From positions 1 through 27,813 of the IMG/VR virus record IMGVR_UViG_3300001460_000143: a DNA stretch of 27,813 nucleotides. One strand, 5' to 3'. Positions 16,785 to 25,547 of this stretch are shown piece by piece. Position numbers and translations under genes: made by a program. Origin of the DNA: a virus (Duplodnaviria; Caudoviricetes). Under the pieces are notes generated by a model, which did not search any database, had not been told where the DNA came from, and saw only the letters and a program-made list of their open reading frames with translations. Numbering within the stretch: position 1 is the stretch's first letter; every line of letters starts with the position of its first letter.

Positions 16785-18541
16785 TGATTTACTGTGACTC
16801 CTCCGTCCACATCTATACTAAAACCATTTTCTAAAAAGCTATTGTCTTTTTCTGGTACTTTAGTTTCATCCATTATACCTGTAATTCTGTCTCTGTTGTA
16901 AGAACCATATCCTTGTTCTAACATTTGAGAATAATAAGAAGGAAAAACTAATTGAATTGTACTCATGTTATCAGCGCGGGCGTTTAACAACTCATTTCTA
17001 ATAACACTAATTTTTGTTAACACGTCTGCTGATGAATCACCATAAATGTTAAGATCTTGAGCAGCACGTTCGATGTCATCTAAGTTCAATCTTCCAGACG
17101 CTTTACGGGCTCTAGCAATAGCATATATAATAGCGTTAGCTCTTACTTCGTTAGCGGGAAGATCAGTATCAAAAAATCCTAATTTATTAAATATAGCTTG
17201 TTTTTCCTCTTCACTTTTAAATAAAGGAACACCGTATTTATCTGTTGTTTGATTAAGTTCGGTATTCATTTGAGCTCTACCTACAACACCTAATTGTTCA
17301 AAAGCAGAATCTGCTTGCTTCAAAGCAGCTAAATCTGCCTCATCAATTATGCCATTTTTTATGTCTTCTTGAATAGAAGGATCATTTAAATAAATACTTA
17401 TTGTGCTAGATAAATTTTGAAATTTAGTTCCTTCTTCAATACCTAAATTTTTATTACCGTCTTTAAAAAAATCATTAAATTGATAGTTGTAAGAATCAGA
17501 AAATATTTGAGCATATGTTTGAAATCTTTTTTGAATACCTGCTAAGAAACCAGCTCTGTTTGGCTTTGCTTGAAAAGATTCTGTAAGAGCATCAAGAGTT
17601 AAAAGAGCTCTGTCTGTCACATCTAATCCGCCTTTGACATCTAAGAAGCTAGAAACATTTTTACCAATTCCAGATTCGGATGGTGTTCCTGTGATGGTTG
17701 TTTTTACTTCAATAATTCCTTCGGGATTTGCAATTAATTCCATTACAGGTAAACCGTCTGACCCTAATTCATTAGTTGGTTTATAATATTGAGGAGCGGA
17801 CAATGATCCGGAGTCCGTGATTGATTGTACAACAAACGCGTCAAACGGATCTGTTAAATTTCCATCGACACCAGGCATTCTTATTTGAACTCTTTTTGGT
17901 TCTACACCTTTTAATTGATAATCTTGAAACTTAGTTTGAGCCGCTTTTACTTGATCTCTATACAAATCCATTTTTGCTTTGTCAGAAGCTATAGCTGCAT
18001 CATATTCTTTACCTGCGACAGAAGTAAGTAAAGCTCTGTTAGCATCAAAAACTCCTTTTCTATCCAACACCCCTTGAGCATCTTTTTTCATCTTAGTTGT
18101 AATTTTTGCAATAGCGTTTTCTTTTTGTTCTTTTTTCTGAGCTGCTTTGATTTTAGAAAGATTTGTTGTTAAACCTTGTGAAGCTGCAGACAAAGAAGCG
18201 CCTATTTTACCACCGACAGTTGGCTGTAATAAACCAAAACCAAATTGTGAAAGAGCTAATAGTTTTTCATCTTTAAAACTAGTGTCTTTGTAAAGTTTGT
18301 TTATTTGTTCATCTGTTAGTGTAGGTGTTCCATACTTAGATAGATAAGATTCTTCGTCTAATAAAAAAGGAAGATATGCTTGTGCTGCAGAAGGATTTTG
18401 TAGTACAGGGGCTGTAGGAAAAAACTGTGAAGACATAACATTTGGAAAAGAAGTGTTTGTTGGTGTTGTTTTTGGAGCGGGAACTGCTACATCAAGTATT
18501 CCAGCATCTCCGCCTTGTGTAAAGATATCATCATCTTCCAT
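16781..18541 (-). CDS. Internal virion / DNA ejection protein
   Basis: 586 aa; LSQFGFGLL..GG.IG segment then coiled coil; GGAG Shine-Dalgarno; position. Confidence 0.6.
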   Translation of the reverse strand: MEDDDIFTQGGDAGILDVAVPAPKTTPTNTSFPNVMSSQFFPTAPVLQNPSAAQAYLPFLLDEESYLSKYGTPTLTDEQINKLYKDTSFKDEKLLALSQFGFGLLQPTVGGKIGASLSAASQGLTTNLSKIKAAQKKEQKENAIAKITTKMKKDAQGVLDRKGVFDANRALLTSVAGKEYDAAIASDKAKMDLYRDQVKAAQTKFQDYQLKGVEPKRVQIRMPGVDGNLTDPFDAFVVQSITDSGSLSAPQYYKPTNELGSDGLPVMELIANPEGIIEVKTTITGTPSESGIGKNVSSFLDVKGGLDVTDRALLTLDALTESFQAKPNRAGFLAGIQKRFQTYAQIFSDSYNYQFNDFFKDGNKNLGIEEGTKFQNLSSTISIYLNDPSIQEDIKNGIIDEADLAALKQADSAFEQLGVVGRAQMNTELNQTTDKYGVPLFKSEEEKQAIFNKLGFFDTDLPANEVRANAIIYAIARARKASGRLNLDDIERAAQDLNIYGDSSADVLTKISVIRNELLNARADNMSTIQLVFPSYYSQMLEQGYGSYNRDRITGIMDETKVPEKDNSFLENGFSIDVDGGVTVNQ

Positions 18542-18550
18542 TATAATCTC

Positions 18551-19477
18551 CTAACTAAAGAGGCTAAAAGGTCCGCCTGTTGCAGATCCTGTTCCACCAC
18601 TTTGATTTAATAAACCATATGCACCAAGGCCCATTCCAATTCCTCCTAATGTAGGATTAGTATAAGGCATAGGCTTTTGAGTTAGTGTTTGTGATACTGA
18701 AGGTACACCTTGTAATATATCACTATAGTAACTTGTTCTTTGAAAAGGATCCATTCTTCTAGCTTCGTCTTGTCTAAATTGTTCATTAAACCCTGCTTGC
18801 GTTTGAGCTTGTTGTTGTTGACCAAAGTTAAATAGTTGTCCTAATCCTTGTTGATCTAATCCTGCTTTTTGTACACCAAAGTTAGCAAACATTGGCGCCG
18901 CAGACATTTGCCTACCTGCTGCGGACTCAGAAGTAGAAATTGCTTTTTGTTGCGCTTGTTCAAAGTTTTGTGCTAGGTCTTGAAATATTCTTCTTGATTT
19001 AATATCTTGTAAATTATTTTCTAACTCTCCTCTAGCTATTTCATAACGAGAACCACCAAATGTGTTACCCATAGTAGCATCTCCAGCAAGTCTATTTCTT
19101 GCATCTTGTGCTTGGTCGTCCATTTGCTTAAGAGCTTCTGAAGTTACATCAGCTTGATATTGATTAAAAAATTGATTGTAGTTACTAGAACTAGGATCGT
19201 ATTGTTGAGTTGCTTGATTAAGAGTAGCTATGCCTGAAGCAAAACTAGGATCGTATTGAGCTCCTGCTCCTGTTGATAATCCTGTAGTAGGATCTAATCC
19301 ATAAATACCTGCAGTGCCTTCCATAGATCCTGTTTGAAGAGGATTCATTCCTGCTATTTGTTGTTGTGAAACTGTGCCTGGAGTCTGAGTTAAATCAAAT
19401 GTCCCTTGTAGTAATCTTCTTCTAAAATCTTCTAAGTAAGGAGCTTCTCTTTGTATTTGTGTATAAGATTCAGCCAC
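18551..19477 (-). CDS. DNA transfer/pilot-like virion protein
   Basis: 308 aa, Q/A/G-rich, APYLE, NQYQ..V, FGGSR and C-terminal GGIGMGLGAYG; GTG start overlapping the upstream stop. Confidence 0.65.
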   Translation of the reverse strand: MAESYTQIQREAPYLEDFRRRLLQGTFDLTQTPGTVSQQQIAGMNPLQTGSMEGTAGIYGLDPTTGLSTGAGAQYDPSFASGIATLNQATQQYDPSSSNYNQFFNQYQADVTSEALKQMDDQAQDARNRLAGDATMGNTFGGSRYEIARGELENNLQDIKSRRIFQDLAQNFEQAQQKAISTSESAAGRQMSAAPMFANFGVQKAGLDQQGLGQLFNFGQQQQAQTQAGFNEQFRQDEARRMDPFQRTSYYSDILQGVPSVSQTLTQKPMPYTNPTLGGIGMGLGAYGLLNQSGGTGSATGGPFSLFS

Positions 19478-20415
19478 TAAATTATTCCTCTGCCTTTTGA
19501 TGATTCAGGATCAGCTCTGTTCATAACATTATACATGGCTTTAGGTCCTCCTAAATTGTCTACAGCCTTAGCTGTAAAAACAAACTCACCATTACTTAAC
19601 ATTGCAGGTATCTTGTCGTCCTTAGGACCACCAGGACCTTTTATATCTCCAAACTTTCTAGGAAAGTAAGTTGAAATACCCTCACCCCCTTTGTTAAAAC
19701 CTCTAACGTTAAAGTTTCCTTTAACTCTATTTCTTTGCATAAAAGGGTTACCACCCATATTTAATTTAGCAATACCGCCTGTGTTTAAATTTGTAATTCT
19801 ACCTTCTTCATCTACTTCATAGTTTTTATATTCACCGTCTTTAACCATGTCGTAGTATTGACCATCTTCAGGATTTAGTTTAGTTCCTTTTATTCTGTCT
19901 TTTGCAAAAGGACTACCTCCTGTAACATCGCCGTATTTTTCATCTATTAAAGATCTGTATGCATTTATATCAGGTGGTGTATCAATATCTTTTTCTAAGG
20001 CATTTTTTGTTATTAAAGAAAGAGCTACAGGTCCTAACAGTTTACCTAAGTTACTTCCAGCAGCTTTGTTTACTCCACCAAGTAAACTCATTAAACCTGA
20101 TTGTCCAAATTGACTTGCTGTACCAGGTAATGTTGTTGTTTGTGGGCCTCTAAAAAAGTTTGATGCCATGGTTCCTGCGTTATTAAAAATATTACTAAGA
20201 GATCCTAAGCCACCACCTCCAGCACTACCTGCTCCCATACCAAATGCTTTTCCACCGAAACCACCAAGGCCTCCTAAAATAGCACTTTTAACAGGATCAT
20301 CACTAGCGAAAGCACCAATACCAGCTCCTAATAATGGATTACCTGTTAAGGCACCAATAATAGGTGCAGCATCGCCCGCTACTTTTCTGAGTTTTCTAAA
20401 AATTTTTTTAAACAT
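19477..20415 (-). CDS. Virion ejection protein with glycine-rich membrane-like N-terminus and tape-measure-type C-terminal domain
   Basis: MFKKIFRKLRK, glycine-zipper region, C-terminal GPGGPKDDKIPAMLSNGEFVFTAKAV. Confidence 0.65.
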   Translation of the reverse strand: MFKKIFRKLRKVAGDAAPIIGALTGNPLLGAGIGAFASDDPVKSAILGGLGGFGGKAFGMGAGSAGGGGLGSLSNIFNNAGTMASNFFRGPQTTTLPGTASQFGQSGLMSLLGGVNKAAGSNLGKLLGPVALSLITKNALEKDIDTPPDINAYRSLIDEKYGDVTGGSPFAKDRIKGTKLNPEDGQYYDMVKDGEYKNYEVDEEGRITNLNTGGIAKLNMGGNPFMQRNRVKGNFNVRGFNKGGEGISTYFPRKFGDIKGPGGPKDDKIPAMLSNGEFVFTAKAVDNLGGPKAMYNVMNRADPESSKGRGII

Positions 20416-20490
20416 AATATCCTTTGCAACTTATGGCTTGATTCGTAATGCAAGGAGGTTAGTCTTGAGTAAAACCTTTTTAATTCTGTG

Positions 20491-20519
20491 ATTATAGGCA
20501 TTTTTATTGTATAGTGCAA
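20491..20519 (-). promoter_or_regulatory. Sigma70-type promoter for the ejection-protein operon
   Basis: TTGCAC (20519-20514), 17 nt spacer, TATAAT (20496-20491). Confidence 0.7.
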
Positions 20520-20532
20520 ATAGAAATTAGTC

Positions 20533-20823
20533 ATGAAAATAGACATAAAGAAAGTGCCGATGGTCCGTGTCACGTGGTTAGATGCTCGTGATATGGAAAC
20601 TGGTTGGCTGTCTTTACAAGAAATTGTTAATGCTCCGTTGGCCTTGTGTCAAGAAGTAGGGTGGATGATAGTTAATAACAAAGAAAAAATAGTTATTATG
20701 CGTTCTTGGTGTCTTGATAAAGACGACAATCATGGAGGTGGTGCTATCTCTCTTCCAAAAGGTTGGGTAACAAAGATAGAATATTTAGGAGTAATGTATG
20801 CAGAAAGAAGTAAGAATAAATAG
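20533..20823 (+). CDS. Conserved small phage beta-barrel-like protein
   Basis: V.V.W.DA....GW, C..VGW, P.GWV.KIE pattern; function unknown. Confidence 0.75.
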   Translation: MKIDIKKVPMVRVTWLDARDMETGWLSLQEIVNAPLALCQEVGWMIVNNKEKIVIMRSWCLDKDDNHGGGAISLPKGWVTKIEYLGVMYAERSKNK

Positions 20824-21493
20824 TTTATTTGGAGAAACTATCTATCAAACAAATATAGATAATAAAGAAAAAATTAATAAAGAAATAACACCTCACATTG
20901 AAAAATTTGTAAAAGCTAGTCCAGGAAGCACAGCGGCAACAACAGATGTTAAAGGTAATACAATGTTTACCGATTTAGAAGAGGCAAAAGATAATTTACA
21001 CACAGACCCTAAATACAAAGTTTTATTTACTGAGTTACAGTTTTACATATCTGATTTTTTAAAAGCAAAAGGGTATAGTCAAGATAAATTTGATGCTCAC
21101 ATTACAAAAGCTTGGGCCACATATACTGTTAAAGATCAATATATAGCTAGTCATAAACACACAGCTAGTCACTTTAGTATGGTTTATTATGTTCGTAATG
21201 ATGATATGGGAGACATACATTTTGAGAAAGAACTAGCTGCTCAAACAGGTTTGTTTATACCACCCACAAAAGAATATATAGTTGACTGGAATCAGTTTAA
21301 TTTTGCCAGTTATATTTTTCCTGTTAAGACAGGAGACTTTTTAATATTTCCAAGTGGCCTTCTTCATTACACTCAGACCAATACTAAAGATGAGCCTAGA
21401 ATTAGTGTTAGTGGTGATATCTTATTAACTATGAAAGAAGGTATTAAAACAGAACACTGTATTCCGCATCCTTCGGGCTGGAAAACAATTTGA
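20798..21493 (+). CDS. Putative 2OG-Fe(II) oxygenase (TIGR02466-like)
   Basis: W...HKH...S.VYYV, GD.LIFPS.L.H, RISVS motifs; GGAG Shine-Dalgarno. Confidence 0.85.
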   Translation: MQKEVRINSLFGETIYQTNIDNKEKINKEITPHIEKFVKASPGSTAATTDVKGNTMFTDLEEAKDNLHTDPKYKVLFTELQFYISDFLKAKGYSQDKFDAHITKAWATYTVKDQYIASHKHTASHFSMVYYVRNDDMGDIHFEKELAAQTGLFIPPTKEYIVDWNQFNFASYIFPVKTGDFLIFPSGLLHYTQTNTKDEPRISVSGDILLTMKEGIKTEHCIPHPSGWKTI

Positions 21494-21501
21494 ATTAAAA
21501 G

Positions 21502-21556
21502 TCAAGCAAACAATTTTAAAATTGTTCTTGAAATTTAATTGCTACCTGTTTAAATT
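21502..21556 (+). promoter_or_regulatory. Promoter with 18-bp palindrome
   Basis: AACAATTTTAAAATTGTT (21509-21526) flanked by TCAAG/CTTGA; TTGAAA (21528)-17-TAAATT (21551). Confidence 0.55.
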
Positions 21557-21593
21557 AATTCTTACCCAAAAAATTTATAATAAGGAGATTAAC

Positions 21594-21767
21594 ATGCAAA
21601 TGTCTATGGATGACGTATTAAAAGCCATTGCCAACTTGGCTGATAAAGTTGGAAGATATCACGAAAGATTATTAACTGTAGAGAGAGAAAAGGAACATTT
21701 GCAACAAAGTTTGAGTAGTCATTTGTCAGGCTGTAAGTGTCATGATCCTGACTGTTCTAAAGATTAA
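21594..21767 (+). CDS. Small coiled-coil protein with Cys/His-rich tail (57 aa)
   Basis: ATG at 21594 after AAGGAG (ORF track starts at 21522); ends HLSGCKCHDPDCSKD. Confidence 0.7.
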   Translation: MQMSMDDVLKAIANLADKVGRYHERLLTVEREKEHLQQSLSSHLSGCKCHDPDCSKD

Positions 21768-22015
21768 TTTTCTTCATTTTTACCAAAAACATCTGGTAAT
21801 TTAACTACTTTTATAAGAACATCTTTTTTAATATCATTAATTGTTGTATCTGTTTTAGGGTCGGCAACATCATTGTCGGCATCTAATTCAGAGTTATACT
21901 CAACACCTGTCTTTGTGTTTAATACTTCCATATGAACTTCGGGATGAATGATAGGAACTTTCTCTCCATTTACTATTTCATACCCTACTACTTCACTGTC
22001 TTTAACTTTTTTCAT
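21764..22015 (-). CDS. Hypothetical protein
   Basis: 83 aa, TAATG-coupled to the upstream structural gene. Confidence 0.7.
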   Translation of the reverse strand: MKKVKDSEVVGYEIVNGEKVPIIHPEVHMEVLNTKTGVEYNSELDADNDVADPKTDTTINDIKKDVLIKVVKLPDVFGKNEEN

Positions 22016-22359
22016 TAAGTTATCTCCATTATACTTACTAATATTACTAGGCCATTGCCTGTTATATTTATAGCATCTTGTTGTTCTAAAACAATAGGTT
22101 GATCTAAAACCTCAACAAAACCACCATCCGCTACGGCTGTAGAATAAAGAACAGTTGCTAAATCTGAACTACTATTATCTGTTGCTGTTATACTTGGCGT
22201 AATAGATCCCCCACTTGAATTAGATAATCTAATACTTTTTACAATTGTAGTAGTAGGTAAAATAGGAGGAACTGCGCCTGAATTAGGAGTAGGGACAGTA
22301 TATACTGCTGTAGCAGATCCTGTTCCTGTTTTAGAAAAACTTTTAAATAAATCAGCCAA
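22015..22359 (-). CDS. Small beta-rich virion structural protein
   Basis: YTVP...IVKSI.LSN...P.VLE..D.I pattern; probable TTG start at 22359 after AAGGA (ORF track starts at 22386). Confidence 0.65.
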   Translation of the reverse strand: MADLFKSFSKTGTGSATAVYTVPTPNSGAVPPILPTTTIVKSIRLSNSSGGSITPSITATDNSSSDLATVLYSTAVADGGFVEVLDQPIVLEQQDAINITGNGLVILVSIMEIT

Positions 22360-22519
22360 GGAACCAAGTCCTTGCTGACGATTCATCTTTTAAATCTTGT
22401 TGATAACCAAAATTTAATTGTTGAACTATTTGTTCAAGTAATCTTGTCAATATATCTATTATATTCGGTTGATATTCAGGTGTTGCTTGAGGAAACCTGG
22501 TTGTTGTTATTTTAGCCAT
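22352..22519 (-). CDS. Small tail-associated protein (55 aa), not in ORF track
   Basis: My translation: MAKITTTRFPQATPEYQPNIIDILTRLLEQIVQQLNFGYQQDLKDESSARTWFLG*. TAATG-coupled to the tail tube gene; fills the gap exactly. Confidence 0.75.
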   Translation of the reverse strand: MAKITTTRFPQATPEYQPNIIDILTRLLEQIVQQLNFGYQQDLKDESSARTWFLG

Positions 22520-24375
22520 TATCTACCTCCATCGGGTTGTACATCTAATCGTAAAGTTCCGTATCTCCAGTTATCGCCTGCGGCATCACTTTCAATACGA
22601 ATGTTTGCTTGTCTGCCTCTACCTCTCAAATCAAATTTATCTGTGGTAGAAGTTACTGTTCTTGTAGCAGAAGTGGAAGTTGAAGAGCTTGGATATGATT
22701 TAAAAGTCAACTTCATGTCTACTGATCCTGTTAAATTTTTAAAGTTAGGAATTCCCTTTCCAATATGTAAAAAAGGTTGCCCGTCTGCAATATCAAAATC
22801 ACCTGATTCTATGAAAGCAGAAATACCTGCATTGACGTTATCTGTTCCTGTTTCTTGTTGATATAAAGAACTAGATCCTGCAGTTACACCTAAAGCGGCA
22901 GGGTTTGTTCCGATGGCCGTGCTTGAATAATCAGTAGCATAAGGCTTTTGATATACTCCGTAATCTTGCCACGTTGTTCTAGCTAAAGATCCAGTGGCCC
23001 AGCAATCTTCTAAATAGTTGTAAGTAACAAACCTATCTATTTGTGTTGCATCGTTGGAAGTATAAAACCAAGTAACTTCGTTAAATTCAGAATTAACCGC
23101 TGCATATGTTTCTGGTTGATTTGTTATACTAAAATCTTCAAATACATAATCTTGAACAGAGCAAGGCATTTTAGAAATTGCACCATCAAATTTGTAAAAA
23201 GAATTTTGAGACATCCAAAAAGCTGTGCCGTTTACATCTACTGCTGAGTGTAATGATACTGCTCCACAATTAGCTCCTATTTGTGTTAGATTAAATGTAA
23301 AGGGAGCACCAACAAACTGTAATGCATTTAAAGATGTATCTGTCCAAACTAATACAGCATTACGAGATCTAACCGCTGTTACAATTTTTGATCCATCTTG
23401 AATACGAAAAGAACCTGCGGTGTTACTAGAACTTGGAGTCCAATCACTAAAACTTTCTTGAGAAGAAAATCTTAAAAATAAAGAATCTTGTGTTGTGCCG
23501 GAACCTATTGTTGTTTCAGTTCCAAATAAAAAAGTATGCCTATCAGGCATAGAAACTAAATTAAATCTAGAAACAGTAGGTGCACTTGATACAACAGCAG
23601 CTGGTGTTCCTGGTCCAGCAGAAGTGTCCCATCTAAATGTTTTTCCATTGTTTACTGTAGCTAATAAGTCTTCACCAAAATTATCAAAAGACCAGTTTCT
23701 GCCTTCAATGGTAACATTAGAAGAAGATCTAGCTGTACCCCATGCTTCTTTACCCCATTGATAAGTACCCCAACCATAACCGTATTGTGATACCGCTGTT
23801 CCAACACCTATTTGATAAGTTGCTGTAACGCTTCCTCCTCCGTTACCTGTAGCATCTGCTAGAGTGCTTGTTCCAGAAGAATTTGTATATGTAACTGTAT
23901 AAGTATTTGCATTTGTAACAGTTGTTATTTGAAACTCTGCATTCATTTCTAAATTGTTTACGACATTGTTTGCAGATCCATCTGTAAATGTAACAAAATC
24001 ACCTACTTCCGCACCATGTCCTGCGTCAGTAACAGTCACAGTGGCACTATTATTAACAGTTGCGAAAGGATTTGTGAGTGTGCCACTGGTTCTTCTTATA
24101 GGTGTAATATCATAAAGAACACCTTCTGTATAAACATATAATTTTCTATCTGTTCCGATGGCCGTGTATCTAACACCATCTAAATCTGTCCAGGCATGCA
24201 TGTCTCTAGCAACACCTATTAAAGTATCAGTTATTAAATAAATCCAACCACCTATTTTTTCTGGTAGTCCGTATCTAAATCTTACAAAATCTGCATCTGT
24301 CCAACGACCTGCCGCACCATATTCTGTATCTTGTTTATCAATACCAGGTGCAAAAGCTATTTTTGTTAAAGGCAT
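22519..24375 (-). CDS. Podovirus tail tubular / head-stabilisation protein (P22 gp10 / T7 gp12-like)
   Basis: 618 aa beta-propeller-like; VRFRYG.PEKIGGW start, IESGDFDI, RGRGRQ, WR.G..R.D..PDG.R end; GHG..VGD.VT insertion. Confidence 0.7.
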   Translation of the reverse strand: MPLTKIAFAPGIDKQDTEYGAAGRWTDADFVRFRYGLPEKIGGWIYLITDTLIGVARDMHAWTDLDGVRYTAIGTDRKLYVYTEGVLYDITPIRRTSGTLTNPFATVNNSATVTVTDAGHGAEVGDFVTFTDGSANNVVNNLEMNAEFQITTVTNANTYTVTYTNSSGTSTLADATGNGGGSVTATYQIGVGTAVSQYGYGWGTYQWGKEAWGTARSSSNVTIEGRNWSFDNFGEDLLATVNNGKTFRWDTSAGPGTPAAVVSSAPTVSRFNLVSMPDRHTFLFGTETTIGSGTTQDSLFLRFSSQESFSDWTPSSSNTAGSFRIQDGSKIVTAVRSRNAVLVWTDTSLNALQFVGAPFTFNLTQIGANCGAVSLHSAVDVNGTAFWMSQNSFYKFDGAISKMPCSVQDYVFEDFSITNQPETYAAVNSEFNEVTWFYTSNDATQIDRFVTYNYLEDCWATGSLARTTWQDYGVYQKPYATDYSSTAIGTNPAALGVTAGSSSLYQQETGTDNVNAGISAFIESGDFDIADGQPFLHIGKGIPNFKNLTGSVDMKLTFKSYPSSSTSTSATRTVTSTTDKFDLRGRGRQANIRIESDAAGDNWRYGTLRLDVQPDGGR

Positions 24376-24376
24376 T

Positions 24377-25285
24377 TTATACCATCCTCAAAAATCTATA
24401 GTTTACTTCACCCGCTCCGCCTGTGCCACCATTTGTTTGTCCTTGTGCTCCACCACCACCTGCGCCAGAACCTCGAGATCCATTACCACCTGAAGAAGAA
24501 CTAGCTACACCGCCTGCTCCACCAGATACATTTCCTGCATAAGAAGCTCCGCCTACACCACCTGTAATTTGACAGTTATCTCCACCACAATTTCCAGGAT
24601 TAGTGCCTGCTACTCCATTACCACTTTGATTAAAAGTACCCACAGGGCCTGAATTAAAACTTGTTATATTTAAACCATCTAAGGTTGTACCACTTGTTAA
24701 CACTGTGCCTGAAAGAGTAGCGTTACCTCCAACACTTGCATTATTAGATCTTAAAGGTCCTTGAACACCGCCATTAAGACCCGAACCTCCTGTACCTCCG
24801 GCTAAAGAAAACAAAGATCCAGAAGAAGATCCTGAAATAGTAGTAGCTCCGCCATTGCCTGCTGTAGTATTATATGAACTACCACTTGATGCAGCTCCTG
24901 CAGCTCCTGCTGCAATTGTTAAATTTTCACCACCCGTGACTGTAAATACTTTATCAGATATGTAAGCTCCTGAAGATCCACCTGGTCCTGCAGATTCTCC
25001 ACCTGCTTTATCATATTCAGCACCCTTTACGCCACCAGATCCACCACCTACTGCAAATTGTACATGAATGGCATTAGCGTTTTGTGGAACAGCTACTGTT
25101 CCTGTTGTACTAGAAAAAGCTGTTGTGGTAAAGAGAGTGTAGATTTCACGCCACGTATTATTATCTTTAACGTAAGCGTTTGTTATAGTCTTGTTAGTAA
25201 AAGAAGTTCCATCATGAACATACAACTGTCCTGTATCAGAACTAATTTCCCTCCAAGTACCTCCATCTTTTACAAAAATTGCCAT
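24377..25285 (-). CDS. Glycine-rich tail fibre/spike-associated protein
   Basis: Duplicated (F/Y)VKD..TWREI N-terminal motif followed by a GGG.GG glycine-rich domain. Confidence 0.65.
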   Translation of the reverse strand: MAIFVKDGGTWREISSDTGQLYVHDGTSFTNKTITNAYVKDNNTWREIYTLFTTTAFSSTTGTVAVPQNANAIHVQFAVGGGSGGVKGAEYDKAGGESAGPGGSSGAYISDKVFTVTGGENLTIAAGAAGAASSGSSYNTTAGNGGATTISGSSSGSLFSLAGGTGGSGLNGGVQGPLRSNNASVGGNATLSGTVLTSGTTLDGLNITSFNSGPVGTFNQSGNGVAGTNPGNCGGDNCQITGGVGGASYAGNVSGGAGGVASSSSGGNGSRGSGAGGGGAQGQTNGGTGGAGEVNYRFLRMV

Positions 25286-25294
25286 GCATTACTC

Positions 25295-25546
25295 TTACGC
25301 GTATTTATACCAAATATCTCCATTTGAACCGCCACTGGGTGCAGAAGAACTTACAGTTCTTGCTCCGTTAGCGTTTGTTCCTGCTGTAGCAGAAATAAAA
25401 GCTTGAACATCACTACCAATAGCTACTCCTAAATTAGTTCTACTTGTGCTATCATTAGCTAAATCACTTAGGTTATTTGCTGTTTCAACTAATCCTGTAA
25501 GTTGTGTTCCTGAAAAATTATATTTTATATTTGCATATGTTGCCAT
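25295..25546 (-). CDS. Short tail-fibre-like protein
   Basis: NNLSDL...SRTNLG fibre repeat, IGSDVQA, APSGGSNGDIWY. Confidence 0.65.
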   Translation of the reverse strand: MATYANIKYNFSGTQLTGLVETANNLSDLANDSTSRTNLGVAIGSDVQAFISATAGTNANGARTVSSSAPSGGSNGDIWYKYA

Positions 25547-25547
25547 T

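Noticed and set aside
20379-20573. 64-aa minus-strand ORF across the divergent promoter region
   Set aside because: Overlaps both flanking genes, the promoter and the structured leader; better explained as regulatory DNA.
25286-25297. Stop-codon read-through fusing the 83-aa fibre gene to the in-frame glycine-rich gene
   Set aside because: The 9-nt gap (GAG TAA TGC) contains a second in-frame stop.
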